Source: Chthoniobacterales bacterium (GTDB lineage: Bacteria > Verrucomicrobiota > Verrucomicrobiia > Chthoniobacterales > JAFAMB01). From it: 55,746 nt of DNA. Location: positions 1-55,746 of the forward strand of contig DASUWQ010000242.1 in NCBI GenBank assembly GCA_036378375.1. Reading direction: 5' to 3'. The translations under genes were made by a program, and so were the position numbers. The notes beneath the pieces are model-generated. The model did not search any database. It was not told the DNA's origin and was given only the letters and a program-made list of their open reading frames with translations. This document shows positions 25,394 to 34,908 of this stretch, piece after piece. How positions within the stretch are numbered: position 1 is the stretch's first letter; the number at the start of each line of letters is the position of its first letter.

Positions 25394-26686
25394 ATGACCC
25401 ATCGGCTGCATAGTTATTTAGGCTACTCTTATCCGGGCCAATTGGCTGATCTGGTCAAACGAGCTTGGCCCGCAGATCTGTTGACGTATCTGCCGAATGA
25501 TTGGCAGCTCCGATTGCTGCTGGATGTCGCCTACCACGCAAGTCTGCTGAGAGAAGAACAGCGACCGGTCACTTTCCGTATATTACTGGGCCACCCCGAT
25601 GACGTCGTAAAAGTCGATCAGCCACCGACGGCTCTAAGCGGGATCTCGTTCGACCGGCCACGGCCATTTAACGAGCAGGAAGTTAGGCGGATCTCCATGG
25701 CAGCGGACTTCTTTCGGTCATTGGTCGCCGTAGCGCCATACGGAGACGAAAAGCTCAAGATTTGGGGGATTCTTTTGTCCGGCACTAGATGGGTTAATAG
25801 TGTCGACGGCGGCCGTTTCACCGGTTATCCGTTACCGACGCGAGTGGTGATTCATGCCCTCGGTCCAGGTCGCATTACCGTCTTCGTAGGTCATCGCCGG
25901 ATAGCCGCGCTTAGCGGCGGGCAGCTGGAGGCTTACGCGTTTGACCTTTTCCAGTCTAACTGGCTGCGGGAATCGTTCGTTGGTGTGCGCAAGCAAATGC
26001 AGCACTGGCTGGCCAATCACGAAGACAATCACCCGTCTGTAAGGGTCGATATCGACTTCATTAGAGCGGTTTCTCAGAATATCAGTCGCCGAACACTGAG
26101 CGTGGTAAGAAACGCCAAACATGGTGGCACGCTGGTTTTTATCGAGCCGGAGGACGAAGCCGAATTTGCTGCGCCGGGTGGTCCAATGCGTTTCAAGTAT
26201 CTGCTGGCCAAAAACCCGCTGCGGACTCGGTACCGGAACCTGCTCAGATCCGCCGTCTTGCGCCTTAGCCAGTTAGCCGTCGCCAACCACGTTCAGAACA
26301 TCGGTTGGAATGAGTACCAAAGCTTTGCTGACCGTCACCTGGGTGAATTAGACGAGGCTTTTTTCGAGTTCGCCCACTTTTTAGGCGACCTGATGGCGGT
26401 CGACGGAGCCTTAATATTGAGCAAGCAATTTGAAATCATCGGCTTCGGCGCAGAATTACTTTCGGAAGCCCCGTGCCTATCCAGCGTGCGAAGGGCGATG
26501 GATCTTGAAGCCACGATTTGGGCTAATGAATCTTTAGACGACGTCGGGACTCGCCATCGGGCCGTCTATCGGCTTTGCGATCAACATCCGAAGTGTCTCG
26601 CCATCGTGATTTCGCAAGATGGTTCAGTTAGGTTCGTCAAGAACCATAACGGTACGGTCACTTATTGGAACCAGCTCTCTTGGTGA
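25394..26686 (+). CDS. DAC (DisA_N, diadenylate-cyclase)-like domain protein with a roughly 230-aa N-terminal domain of unknown function
   Basis: The C-terminal half has HGGTLVFI, DGALIL, GTRHRAVYRL and VISQDGSVRFV. In order and spacing these resemble the DAC motifs (hGALIv, DGA, GTRHRAA, VSEEtG.iS). Confidence 0.55.
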   Translation: MTHRLHSYLGYSYPGQLADLVKRAWPADLLTYLPNDWQLRLLLDVAYHASLLREEQRPVTFRILLGHPDDVVKVDQPPTALSGISFDRPRPFNEQEVRRISMAADFFRSLVAVAPYGDEKLKIWGILLSGTRWVNSVDGGRFTGYPLPTRVVIHALGPGRITVFVGHRRIAALSGGQLEAYAFDLFQSNWLRESFVGVRKQMQHWLANHEDNHPSVRVDIDFIRAVSQNISRRTLSVVRNAKHGGTLVFIEPEDEAEFAAPGGPMRFKYLLAKNPLRTRYRNLLRSAVLRLSQLAVANHVQNIGWNEYQSFADRHLGELDEAFFEFAHFLGDLMAVDGALILSKQFEIIGFGAELLSEAPCLSSVRRAMDLEATIWANESLDDVGTRHRAVYRLCDQHPKCLAIVISQDGSVRFVKNHNGTVTYWNQLSW

Positions 26687-27972
26687 CCCCAGCTAGACCT
26701 CCTAGGACGCCCGCCCGCATCGCTACGCGAAGCGTTGCGGGCGGGCGTACGCGGCTGGCGCTCTCACTTGGCGAAGCGCGGCGGGCTGCCTTAGCGGCCC
26801 AAGGCCTGGGAGCTCCTAAACCGGCCACCGTCACCAAACGACACCTTCTATCCACAGTTCAGCGTCTGGGATTGTTGCAGATCGACTCGGTAAATGTCTT
26901 GGTTAGAGCTCATTACTTCCCACTCTTCTCACGGCTCGGTCCCTACCCAACAGAGTGGTTGGACGATCTTGCCTATCGGAAACGTCGTCTGTTCGAGTAT
27001 TGGGGCCATGCTGCCTCCCTTATCCCGGTTAACCTGTTTCCGAGTCTGCGTTGGCGGATGGAACGGGCTAAACACGGGGGCGGGGTTTACAAAGGGTTGG
27101 TCACTTTTGCCAGTGAAAAGGCCGGCTTGATTCAAGAAGTTTTGGAGGTGATCCGAGAGCACGGCCCAGCCGGAGCCGGCGATGTCGAAAAAATGATTAG
27201 ACAAGAGCAATTGGCCAGGAAAGCCGGCTGGTGGGAATGGAGCGATTCTAAGATCGCATTGGAATGGCTATTCTGGTCAGGCCAGGTCACGACTTCAACC
27301 CGGCGCAATTTCGAGCGCATATACGATCTCACAGAACGGGTCTTTCCCGATCTATACAATGGCGATCTACCCGAACGGGAAATTGGTCAGCGAGACTTGG
27401 TGGCAACAGCCTCTCGAGCTCTTGGCGTCGCGACTGAAAATGATCTTGGCGACTACTTCCGACTAAAGCTTAACGAAACCCGTCCTCGAATCCGCGAACT
27501 CGTCGAAGCAGGCGAACTGCTCGAGGTGAAAGTCGAAGGCTGGCGCCAGCCGGCATATCTTAGCTCTGCGATTCGCATCCCTCGTTCGCTGGAAGCGGCA
27601 GCTTTCTTGTCGCCGTTCGATCCGTTACTTTGGGAGAGACAACGAACAGAGCGGCTATTCGGATTTCGTTATCGGATTGAGATCTACACGCCTGCAGCGC
27701 AACGCCAACACGGCTATTACATTCTACCGTTTCTGTTTGGCCAGAACGTCGTAGCCCGGCTCGACTTGAAAGCCGATCGCGCCAACCAAATCCTGCGAGT
27801 CGTGGGCGCATTTGCCGAGCCCCAGACGGAACCGAAAACCTTTGTTCACGCAGTAGCCGCCGAGCTACGATCGATGGCGGATTGGCTGGGCCTGGAGAAA
27901 ATCGTTATTAGCAAAAACGGCGATCTTGCTCCGATGTTGAGGTCAGTGCTGGCAGCAACACGCAGCGTCTGA
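26683..27972 (+). CDS. YcaQ/AlkZ-family winged-helix protein (DNA interstrand-crosslink glycosylase family)
   Basis: LSLGEARRAALAAQGLG...LLSTVQRLGLLQIDSVNVLVRAHYFPLFSRLGPY...FEYWGHAASLIP is the typical family N-terminus. The GTG at 26683 overlaps the upstream TGA (GTGA). The ORF-track TTG start is at 26665. Confidence 0.75.
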   Translation: MTPARPPRTPARIATRSVAGGRTRLALSLGEARRAALAAQGLGAPKPATVTKRHLLSTVQRLGLLQIDSVNVLVRAHYFPLFSRLGPYPTEWLDDLAYRKRRLFEYWGHAASLIPVNLFPSLRWRMERAKHGGGVYKGLVTFASEKAGLIQEVLEVIREHGPAGAGDVEKMIRQEQLARKAGWWEWSDSKIALEWLFWSGQVTTSTRRNFERIYDLTERVFPDLYNGDLPEREIGQRDLVATASRALGVATENDLGDYFRLKLNETRPRIRELVEAGELLEVKVEGWRQPAYLSSAIRIPRSLEAAAFLSPFDPLLWERQRTERLFGFRYRIEIYTPAAQRQHGYYILPFLFGQNVVARLDLKADRANQILRVVGAFAEPQTEPKTFVHAVAAELRSMADWLGLEKIVISKNGDLAPMLRSVLAATRSV

Positions 27973-27976
27973 ACGA

Positions 27977-28253
27977 CCTGGAGGGGAGCCGCTTTTGAAC
28001 TTTGCGCGTAACCTGAGCTGATCGGGCACATAAGTGGGGCACTACCGGGTGTCTACTCAGCAGGCGGCTCCCGAGAACGTTTCAGCGTGTGGGGTGTAAT
28101 TACGCGCCGCCTTGATCCAAACCTATCGTGATCGCGACATCAGCAGACATTCGAGGGAGCCGCCTGCTTATCCCGCCAGGCAAACTTCGGCCGACGGAGG
28201 GCTCCGATCGCATGCGTTCAAATTAGCACAGGCGAAAGCGGCTCCCCTCCAGG
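27977..28253 (+). repeat. 277-bp nested-inverted-repeat element, copy B (family CCTGGAGGGGAGCCGCTTTTGA)
   Basis: The outer inverted repeat is CCTGGAGGGGAGCCGCTTT with AAAGCGGCTCCCCTCCAGG. The inner inverted repeat is AGCAGGCGGCTCCC with GGGAGCCGCCTGCT. The block order is collinear with copy A at 3692-3974. Confidence 0.8.
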
Positions 28254-28276
28254 CTACACGCATGTCAAACCCAACC

Positions 28277-28309
28277 CTTCTGGCTCCTGGATTCTGGCTC
28301 CTGACTCCT
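28277..28309. repeat. GGAGCCAGAATCCAGGAGCCAG-family repeat unit
   Basis: It is the reverse complement of 36353-36385 at 32 of 33 positions. Confidence 0.75.
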
Positions 28310-28362
28310 GCTCTCCCCGCCCTTGAACTCCTCTCTTACTACCCCCATATTTGCCGCCGAAA

Positions 28363-29541
28363 ATGAAGCAGGCTTTAATCGCTCTAGAAGACGGGCGGAC
28401 CTTCGGCGGGGACTCGTTCGGCGCATCCGGCACCACAGTCGGCGAGATCTGTTTTAACACGTCGATGACGGGTTACCAGGAAGTCCTGACGGATCCTTCC
28501 TACCGCGGTCAAATCGTCACGATGACCTATCCGCTGATCGGTAATTACGGAACAAACGACCTCGACAACGAGAGCAGTGAACCGCACGTGCGTGGGTTTG
28601 TGGTGGGAGAATTATCGCCCATAACCAGCAGTTGGCGAGCAGCCGGGTCGCTCGACGAATATCTGAAGCGTTGGAAGATCCCTGCGATCCAAGGGGTGGA
28701 TACTCGAGCCCTGACCAAGCATCTAAGGGTTCGCGGAGCGATGCGGGCCTGCCTGACAGACGAAGCTCTATCTCCGGCAGACGCGGTCGCCGCGGCTCGC
28801 AATGCCCCGCCGATGATTGGCTCTGATTTTGTTCGAGAGGTCACAACGCCTGAGGCATTCGAATGGGACCCAGAAGATCGTTTGAGCCGAGAATGGACTT
28901 TGATAAAGGGCGCCGACACCGCCGAGGTTGAAGAAAACGGTCAAGCCTTCAAATCGTTACCCCCAAAGCAGCATAGTATCGTTGCTTACGATTACGGTAT
29001 TAAAACCAACATCCTGCGCCGGCTGCGCCAACATGGGTTCGGAGTGCGGGTAGTGCCGGCCGGGACCACAGCCGAAGAGGTGTTGAGTTTGAAGCCAGAT
29101 GGCGTCTTCCTATCCAACGGCCCGGGAGATCCCGCCCCGCTGACCTACATTCACAAAGAACTCAGCGAACTGGTCGGCAGATGCCCCATCTTCGGAATCT
29201 GTCTCGGCCACCAGCTACTGGGTTATGCCTATGGCGGGAAAACATTTAAACTGAAGTTCGGTCACCGGGGAGGGAATCAACCGGTCAAAGACCTGGCCAC
29301 CGGGAAAGTAGCGATTACTTCACAGAATCACGGGTTCGCTGTGGATCCGGATTCATTACCCGCCGACGTGGAAGTATCCCACATCAACCTCAACGACGGC
29401 ACGGTTGAGGGTCTGCGCGACCGAAACCATCCTGTGTTCAGTGTGCAATACCATCCGGAGGCTGCGCCGGGGCCACATGACGCCACCTACTTTTTCGATC
29501 AGTTCCGCAAGCTGATCGACGAAGCGAAGGCGGGAAAATAA
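28363..29541 (+). CDS. carA: Carbamoyl-phosphate synthase small (glutamine amidotransferase) subunit
   Basis: MKQALIALEDGRTFGG N-terminus, TGYQEVLTDPSY, and the GATase catalytic context GICLGHQLL...HGF. An alternative ATG lies at 28351. Confidence 0.93.
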   Translation: MKQALIALEDGRTFGGDSFGASGTTVGEICFNTSMTGYQEVLTDPSYRGQIVTMTYPLIGNYGTNDLDNESSEPHVRGFVVGELSPITSSWRAAGSLDEYLKRWKIPAIQGVDTRALTKHLRVRGAMRACLTDEALSPADAVAAARNAPPMIGSDFVREVTTPEAFEWDPEDRLSREWTLIKGADTAEVEENGQAFKSLPPKQHSIVAYDYGIKTNILRRLRQHGFGVRVVPAGTTAEEVLSLKPDGVFLSNGPGDPAPLTYIHKELSELVGRCPIFGICLGHQLLGYAYGGKTFKLKFGHRGGNQPVKDLATGKVAITSQNHGFAVDPDSLPADVEVSHINLNDGTVEGLRDRNHPVFSVQYHPEAAPGPHDATYFFDQFRKLIDEAKAGK

Positions 29542-29687
29542 ATTCACCAGTAAGACACAAAGGTCAGGAAGACTGGATTTCGAGAATAGAGAAACAGAAA
29601 GCATGAAGCTCCAGGCTTTTAAGAAAATTTCTTTTCTCCTAACCTCCGTGTTCTTTGTGCCTCTGAGGTGAAATTCTGGTTTTAGCT

Positions 29688-30350
29688 ATGATATCGCCAG
29701 ACCAACAGATCAGCACGCCGGCGGTTATCTGCCCTCACACCGAGGCCTGGGACGGTTCGTCCTTAGATGCACTGGCCGGTTGTTGGTCTACGGCCAGCCG
29801 CGTTTTTCTGTTAGATAATCGGAGCGGCCGGCCGCCGGTCTGGGGAACCGAAATCCGGGTCGCTTGGCATCGAGACGAACTCCTGGTCCTTTTCGTCTGC
29901 CAAGATCCAGTCCCGTGGGCAACCCTTACTGAACGGGATGGTCCACTCTGGGAACAAGATGTCGTCGAGATCTTTATTGATCCCTTCGGCGATCTGGATT
30001 GTTACTTCGAGTTCGAGGTTAATCCGTTGAATACGGTATTAGACGTTTTTATACGACGGGTTCGGAGCGGGATGCGAAAGGATTTCGCCTGGACCTGCGA
30101 AGGACTTCGTACAGCAACGGGTCTGTTGGCTTACGGATGGGTGGCAGGACTGGCTATCCCCTTCAAAAGCATGGGCGAATGTGACGCCTCCCGCTGGCGT
30201 ATTAACTTTTGCCGGATCGAACATCCAAAAGGTCAGCCTCGCGAGCTTTCGGCTTGGTCGCCTACCTTTAGCGGGACTTTCCATCTACCGGAACGGTTCG
30301 GGGCGCTTGGTTTTGAGCGCGGTCAGGACTTGATTGGACGTGGGACATGA
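29688..30350 (+). CDS. Carbohydrate-binding family 9 (CBM9)-like domain protein
   Basis: The pattern is WEQDVVEIFIDPFGD...YFEFEVNPLNTVLD...WRINFCRIE...LSAWSPT...FHLPERFGAL. Confidence 0.65.
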   Translation: MISPDQQISTPAVICPHTEAWDGSSLDALAGCWSTASRVFLLDNRSGRPPVWGTEIRVAWHRDELLVLFVCQDPVPWATLTERDGPLWEQDVVEIFIDPFGDLDCYFEFEVNPLNTVLDVFIRRVRSGMRKDFAWTCEGLRTATGLLAYGWVAGLAIPFKSMGECDASRWRINFCRIEHPKGQPRELSAWSPTFSGTFHLPERFGALGFERGQDLIGRGT

Positions 30351-30374
30351 GGCGTCAGTGGGCTCTGCTGCCGG

Positions 30375-30444
30375 ATGGGACTTATGGGACTCATAGGACT
30401 TATGTGTCAGATCCTATTAGTGCCATGAGTCCTATAGGTCCCAT
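30375..30444. repeat. GGGACTTATGGGACTCATAGGACTTATG-type repeat with an inverted partner
   Basis: ATGGGACTTATGGGACTCATAGGACTTATGTG pairs with CATGAGTCCTATAGGTCCCAT. Confidence 0.7.
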
Positions 30445-30586
30445 TGATTCAGCAGCGCCGCCCGTCGCCTGAGACCACGAGCCGCTCGGCACGCGCGACA
30501 CACCCTCCTAGCTCCTAACTCCTTGGTTTTTTACCGGCCGTGCGTATCTCGTTTGAAAACTGCAGCTTGTGAAGACAATTTCCCAT

Positions 30587-30805
30587 ATGCCTAAGGAGGA
30601 ACCTCTGGTTATCGAAGGCACGATCACCGAAGTTCTACCCAATACCATGTTTCGGGTGACGCTGCCAAACGGCCAGAAGGTTCTCGCCCATATCAGCGGA
30701 AAAATGCGGAAAAATTTCATCCGCATCGTCCCCGGTGACAAGGTAGAAATTGAGATTTCCCCTTACGATATGAGTAAAGCTCGAATTATTTTCCGGGAAA
30801 CATAA
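30587..30805 (+). CDS. infA: Translation initiation factor IF-1
   Basis: 72 aa: [70 protein letters not shown]. Confidence 0.95.
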   Translation: MPKEEPLVIEGTITEVLPNTMFRVTLPNGQKVLAHISGKMRKNFIRIVPGDKVEIEISPYDMSKARIIFRET

Positions 30806-30986
30806 GACCGGAATCAGGAGCCTGCGCCGAAACAAATATAACCCCTAGACGCGCTAGCCCTAACCTTGTCGGAAGGCCTGCCTTGAGCAAGCCTAAGGCG
30901 CGTCGAAAGGTTGATTTTCCAGATTAAAACCCGAGAGTGTTTTATAGTTCAGAGGTTAATCCACTCTCCACTTAGAAGACATAATT

Positions 30987-31325
30987 TTGGCACGAACTAT
31001 GGAAACCACTCCAGACTCAGATGCGGCAGCGGGCAAATCAAAAGAACATTTGAAAGCTGCGGCTGACGATTTCAAAACTGCGGCTAGCGCCAAGGCCGAC
31101 GAAATTCGGAAAGCCGCGGAGAAAAAGGCGGACGAGCTCAAGGCGGCGGCAGAGGCTAGAGCTCACGAATTTCGCGGAGCGGCAGAAACGGCGTGGTCAG
31201 ATGCTCGTTCAAAGGCAAAATTTTGGCAGAGCGAAGGAGAAGCGTACGTGCGAGAGAACCCAACTAAGGCGATACTAATGGCGTTGGGCGCCGGTTTTCT
31301 GCTCGGTCTGTTTCTTCGCAAATAA
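30987..31325 (+). CDS. DUF883/ElaB/YqjD-like membrane-anchored protein
   Basis: Ala/Lys/Glu-rich helical N-terminus and C-terminal NPTKAILMALGAGFLLGLFLRK tail anchor. Confidence 0.75.
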   Translation: MARTMETTPDSDAAAGKSKEHLKAAADDFKTAASAKADEIRKAAEKKADELKAAAEARAHEFRGAAETAWSDARSKAKFWQSEGEAYVRENPTKAILMALGAGFLLGLFLRK

Positions 31326-31328
31326 TCT

Positions 31329-31748
31329 ATGAGTTCAGATGCTCCGGTTGGAGCTGAATCGGAGCGCTCATCGACGGCCGACTCGGTTAAACACTGGGTC
31401 GCGGCGTTTCTTCGTTATCTGGAACTTCGGCTCCAGCTCTTAGGGCTGGAAGCTAAGGAAGCCGGATTACACCTGTTAATTATCGGACTCCTGGTAACGG
31501 GCGTGTTGGTGTTATTTGCCGGCTTTCTGGTGATGTTTGCGGTCTTCCTGCTGTATCTGATCATCACGATACTCCATTGGGAATGGGGCTGGGGAGCCCT
31601 GCTTTGCGCTGGAATTCTGCTCGCCGGAAGTTTGATTGCCGCGATTATTCTTCGCTACCGAGTAATCCGGCCGATGTTTCGTATGACCTTAGATGAGTTG
31701 CAAAAGGATCGAGAATGGCTCCGGTCAACGACGAGAAACGTCGAATAA
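31329..31748 (+). CDS. YqjE-like (phage-holin-family/DUF1469) membrane protein
   Basis: 139 aa with two long hydrophobic helices. It follows the DUF883 gene, as in yqjD-yqjE operons. Confidence 0.55.
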   Translation: MSSDAPVGAESERSSTADSVKHWVAAFLRYLELRLQLLGLEAKEAGLHLLIIGLLVTGVLVLFAGFLVMFAVFLLYLIITILHWEWGWGALLCAGILLAGSLIAAIILRYRVIRPMFRMTLDELQKDREWLRSTTRNVE

Positions 31749-32074
31749 TCGAGGAACTGGAGAGAACTCGAGGTGATCTAGCCGGCGCTACTGCCGGCTT
31801 GCAAGGTCAGCTCAATTTCCAACACCGTTTTTCGGTAGCTTGGCAAAAAAACCGTTGGGTTTGGTTAAGCTTCATGGCGTTCTTCGGTTGGGTACTATCG
31901 CGGCTACCAAGGCGGACGAAAAAGATCTATATAGATAAACGCGGCGGTCGCGTCCGGCCTCCCGGAAAAAGCTTTGCCGGCACGGTAGTGGGACAACTTT
32001 GGTCCGTTGCCTGGACAGTCGCCAAACCAGCCTTGATCGCTTATCTAGCCAGGAAAATGGGGAAGAAGGCGTAG
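31715..32074 (+). CDS. YqjK-like small membrane protein (hypothetical)
   Basis: Charged helical N-terminus, one TM (WVWLSFMAFFGWVLS) and a basic C-terminus. It is third in the yqjDEK-like arrangement. Confidence 0.45.
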   Translation: MAPVNDEKRRIIEELERTRGDLAGATAGLQGQLNFQHRFSVAWQKNRWVWLSFMAFFGWVLSRLPRRTKKIYIDKRGGRVRPPGKSFAGTVVGQLWSVAWTVAKPALIAYLARKMGKKA

Positions 32075-32401
32075 TCCGGTAGGGGTGAGCTCGAACGAAT
32101 CCAAAACGGAGGGGCGCCGCATTCGGTGTGCTGTAGTATAGGGCGTGGCTGACCGGAAATCGGGAGCAGGGTATTTCTCGTACCACAACCGCGACGCCCG
32201 AAAACTGTGTCACACCATGGAGGATTGCCCGTCTAGGAACCTATCACACGCTTAGGGAGCCGCAGTTAACAGCACGATTCGGACGAAAGACGCGCATGAG
32301 GCAAATCGTCGGCGGTAAGGGAATGCGGAATGCGGCTCCCCACCGGCATTCCCGAGGTTCCCGCCGTCCAACGGATGAGCGGGAGCTCATTCCTACCGAC
32401 C

Positions 32402-34276
32402 CTACACTTTCCTACCAAACTTCTTCTCCAACTCTGAGTAACCGATCTGGATCATGGTGGGGCGTCCATGCGGGCAGCAATAGGGTAACTCGCAAGCGAG
32501 GAGGTCCTTAACCAATTGACCAATTTCGGCGGCGTGAAGCTGATCATTGGCTTTCACGGCGTACCGGCAAACCGTCTTGGCAATGACGTCTTCGCCCAGG
32601 CGAAGACGCGACGTGCTAGAGGTGAGAGAACGAAGCTCATCCACGAGCTGGCGGATGGTATTTGCAGGATCTTCTATCCGCAAAAACTGCGGAATCCCAT
32701 CGATCTTCAACGTCGACTCGCCAAAAGGTTCAACCGAAAACCCCATTTTCTGCAAGCTAGGCGCATTTAGCAGCAGCCAATCGTGATCTTTTGGCGGAAG
32801 CCTTAACACGATCGGAATGAGCAGCCGTTGACAGGGGACCCCGGCAGTTTCGGTTTCGCGTCGTAGACGCTCGAACAGAATGCGTTCATGCGCGGCGTGC
32901 TGATCCACCAGCACTAGTCCCTCTACATTCTCCATGAGAATGTAGAGTTTTCCTAACACACCGAGCAAGCGAAACTCTGAGCTCGGGGTTTCCGTACCGT
33001 CCTGTGGGATCCTCGTCGAATGCGCCTCGGTTTCGCGGCCGGGTGAAACCGGCATCGCCGTTTCCGAGGGATAAATCTGTGGCGATGCTAATCCGTCTTC
33101 TTTTTGCTGTAGTTGTGAAAACTCGTGCCAATCTTTCCGCAACGCGAACTGCTCCACCAGAGGCACGAGTGGCGCCATAGATTCGGCCCTCGCCGACGAA
33201 GCTAAAGGGGGAGATGGGGCGAAGTCTGCAACATCCGGTACTGGGGATGATCGCGGACTGGTGAATGCCCGACTCCAATTACCACGGTCTGAGTCGAGTG
33301 TTTTCCGAACCGCTTCTGCCAAAGACTGGCGAATTACATCCGGATTACGGAACCGGACTTCCCGTTTGGCCGGGTGCACATTAACATCAACGTCCGCTGG
33401 ATCAAGATCCAGAAAGAGAAACACCAGCGGATACTGCCCTTTCATCAACGCGGTGTGATAGCCTTCCCGTAAAGCGTGTTGGATGGTCAGGTTGTCGACC
33501 GCGCGCCCATTAACAAAAATGATCTGTTCCGCCCGGGTTGGCCGGCTGACGCCAGCTTTACCTAAAAACCCGCGAATCGAGATCCCGTCGACGGTGGTAG
33601 GCTCGATCTCGACTACCTGTTTCATGATCTCGTCGCCTCGCAGATCAGAAATGCGGGTCGCCAATGACCGCGTTGGAGGTAACTGAAAAATCACCGCTTG
33701 ATCCCGCAAAAGTACAAAACCGACCTCTGGATGACCCAGCGCTTGCAGCATCAATTGGTGTTGAACGTGACTGGCTTCTGTGTTCTCCGTGCGCAAGAAT
33801 TTTCGCCGAGCCGGCAGATTGTAAAAGAGATGTTTGGCTTCGACCAACGTCCCCGGCGCTTCGCCACAAGCCCGGACAGTGTCTATCTTTCCACCATTGA
33901 CCAAGATCTCTGTTCCTTCGATCGCCTCGTTAGGACGGGTGGCCAACCGAAAGCGAGAAACGCTGGCGATGCTTGGCAAAGCTTCTCCTCGAAAACCAAG
34001 CGTATGAATGTTTGCAAGGTCATGGCCGGTCCGAATCTTACTGGTGGCGTGGCGCTCCAGACTTAAGAGAGCGTCGTCCCGATCCATGCCAAAGCCGTTG
34101 TCCACCACGCGCACCAGGCTGGCGCCGCCTCTGGCTATGGCGATTTCAATCCTGGTCGCTCCAGCGTCCAGACTGTTTTCGACGAGCTCTTTTACCACCG
34201 AAGCAGGTCGCTCCACGACCTCGCCCGCTGCCACTTGTGAAGCGACTTCGTCCGGAAGCAAAGCGATCCGACCCAT
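32402..34276 (-). CDS. mutL: DNA mismatch repair protein MutL
   Basis: GHKL ATPase N-terminus IALLPDEVASQVAAGEVVERPASVVKELVENSLDAGA, and a C-terminal dimerisation domain with QHAAHERILFE. Confidence 0.95.
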   Translation of the reverse strand: MGRIALLPDEVASQVAAGEVVERPASVVKELVENSLDAGATRIEIAIARGGASLVRVVDNGFGMDRDDALLSLERHATSKIRTGHDLANIHTLGFRGEALPSIASVSRFRLATRPNEAIEGTEILVNGGKIDTVRACGEAPGTLVEAKHLFYNLPARRKFLRTENTEASHVQHQLMLQALGHPEVGFVLLRDQAVIFQLPPTRSLATRISDLRGDEIMKQVVEIEPTTVDGISIRGFLGKAGVSRPTRAEQIIFVNGRAVDNLTIQHALREGYHTALMKGQYPLVFLFLDLDPADVDVNVHPAKREVRFRNPDVIRQSLAEAVRKTLDSDRGNWSRAFTSPRSSPVPDVADFAPSPPLASSARAESMAPLVPLVEQFALRKDWHEFSQLQQKEDGLASPQIYPSETAMPVSPGRETEAHSTRIPQDGTETPSSEFRLLGVLGKLYILMENVEGLVLVDQHAAHERILFERLRRETETAGVPCQRLLIPIVLRLPPKDHDWLLLNAPSLQKMGFSVEPFGESTLKIDGIPQFLRIEDPANTIRQLVDELRSLTSSTSRLRLGEDVIAKTVCRYAVKANDQLHAAEIGQLVKDLLACELPYCCPHGRPTMIQIGYSELEKKFGRKV

Positions 34277-34331
34277 TTTGTTAGGCTACCGCAGTATGGG
34301 ATGTTGCACAACGGGAGGGCGGAACAGTAAG

Positions 34332-34476
34332 AGGTGAAAAGTGAAAGGTGGATAGGTGAAACCTAGGCCACTGGCCATCGGGAGAACGCAGAAATAACGG
34401 GCGGCGAATTGGTTGCGCCCTGGCGACGGCGGCTGATTCGCCGGAGTATTTTTCACCTTTCGCTTTTCACTTTTGA
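34332..34476. repeat. Inverted-repeat element (GTGAAAAGTGAAAGGTG family) in the mutL / Fe-S carrier divergent region
   Basis: The arms are AGGTGAAAAGTGAAAGGTG and CACCTTTCGCTTTTCAC. Confidence 0.7.
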
Positions 34477-34535
34477 CCTCCCCCCTCTCACACGTTGACG
34501 TCGTAGGGACTTACCGTTTAAGTTAAGGGATAGCC

Positions 34536-34874
34536 ATGATTACGGTCACCCAAGCAGCTATTCGGCACCTCCAAGAGCTGGTCTCGGAAGATCCGAGCTA
34601 CAGTGACAAAGGGTTACGTATCTTTGTCGAAAATGGAGGCTGTGCCGGTCAGCAATACGGCATGCAGTTTGATTACCCCAAGACGGATGACCATCGGATC
34701 GAAAGCAACGGAGTATCTGTACTTATCGATCCGAAGAGCGCCGCGTACTTGCATGGATCGACCGTGGACTTTACGGATGGGTTGACCGGCTCAGGTTTTA
34801 AAATCGATAATCCTAACGTTGTCCGCAGTTGTGGTTGTGGAAGTTCATTCGAAGTCTCCGGGGAGAAACGCTGA
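34536..34874 (+). CDS. HesB/IscA/ErpA-family iron-sulfur cluster insertion protein
   Basis: 112 aa with GGCAGQQYGM and the C-terminal CGCGSSF motif. Confidence 0.9.
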   Translation: MITVTQAAIRHLQELVSEDPSYSDKGLRIFVENGGCAGQQYGMQFDYPKTDDHRIESNGVSVLIDPKSAAYLHGSTVDFTDGLTGSGFKIDNPNVVRSCGCGSSFEVSGEKR

Positions 34875-34908
34875 TTTTCTATACCGTCCCAGAATCAGCT
34901 AACTACCA

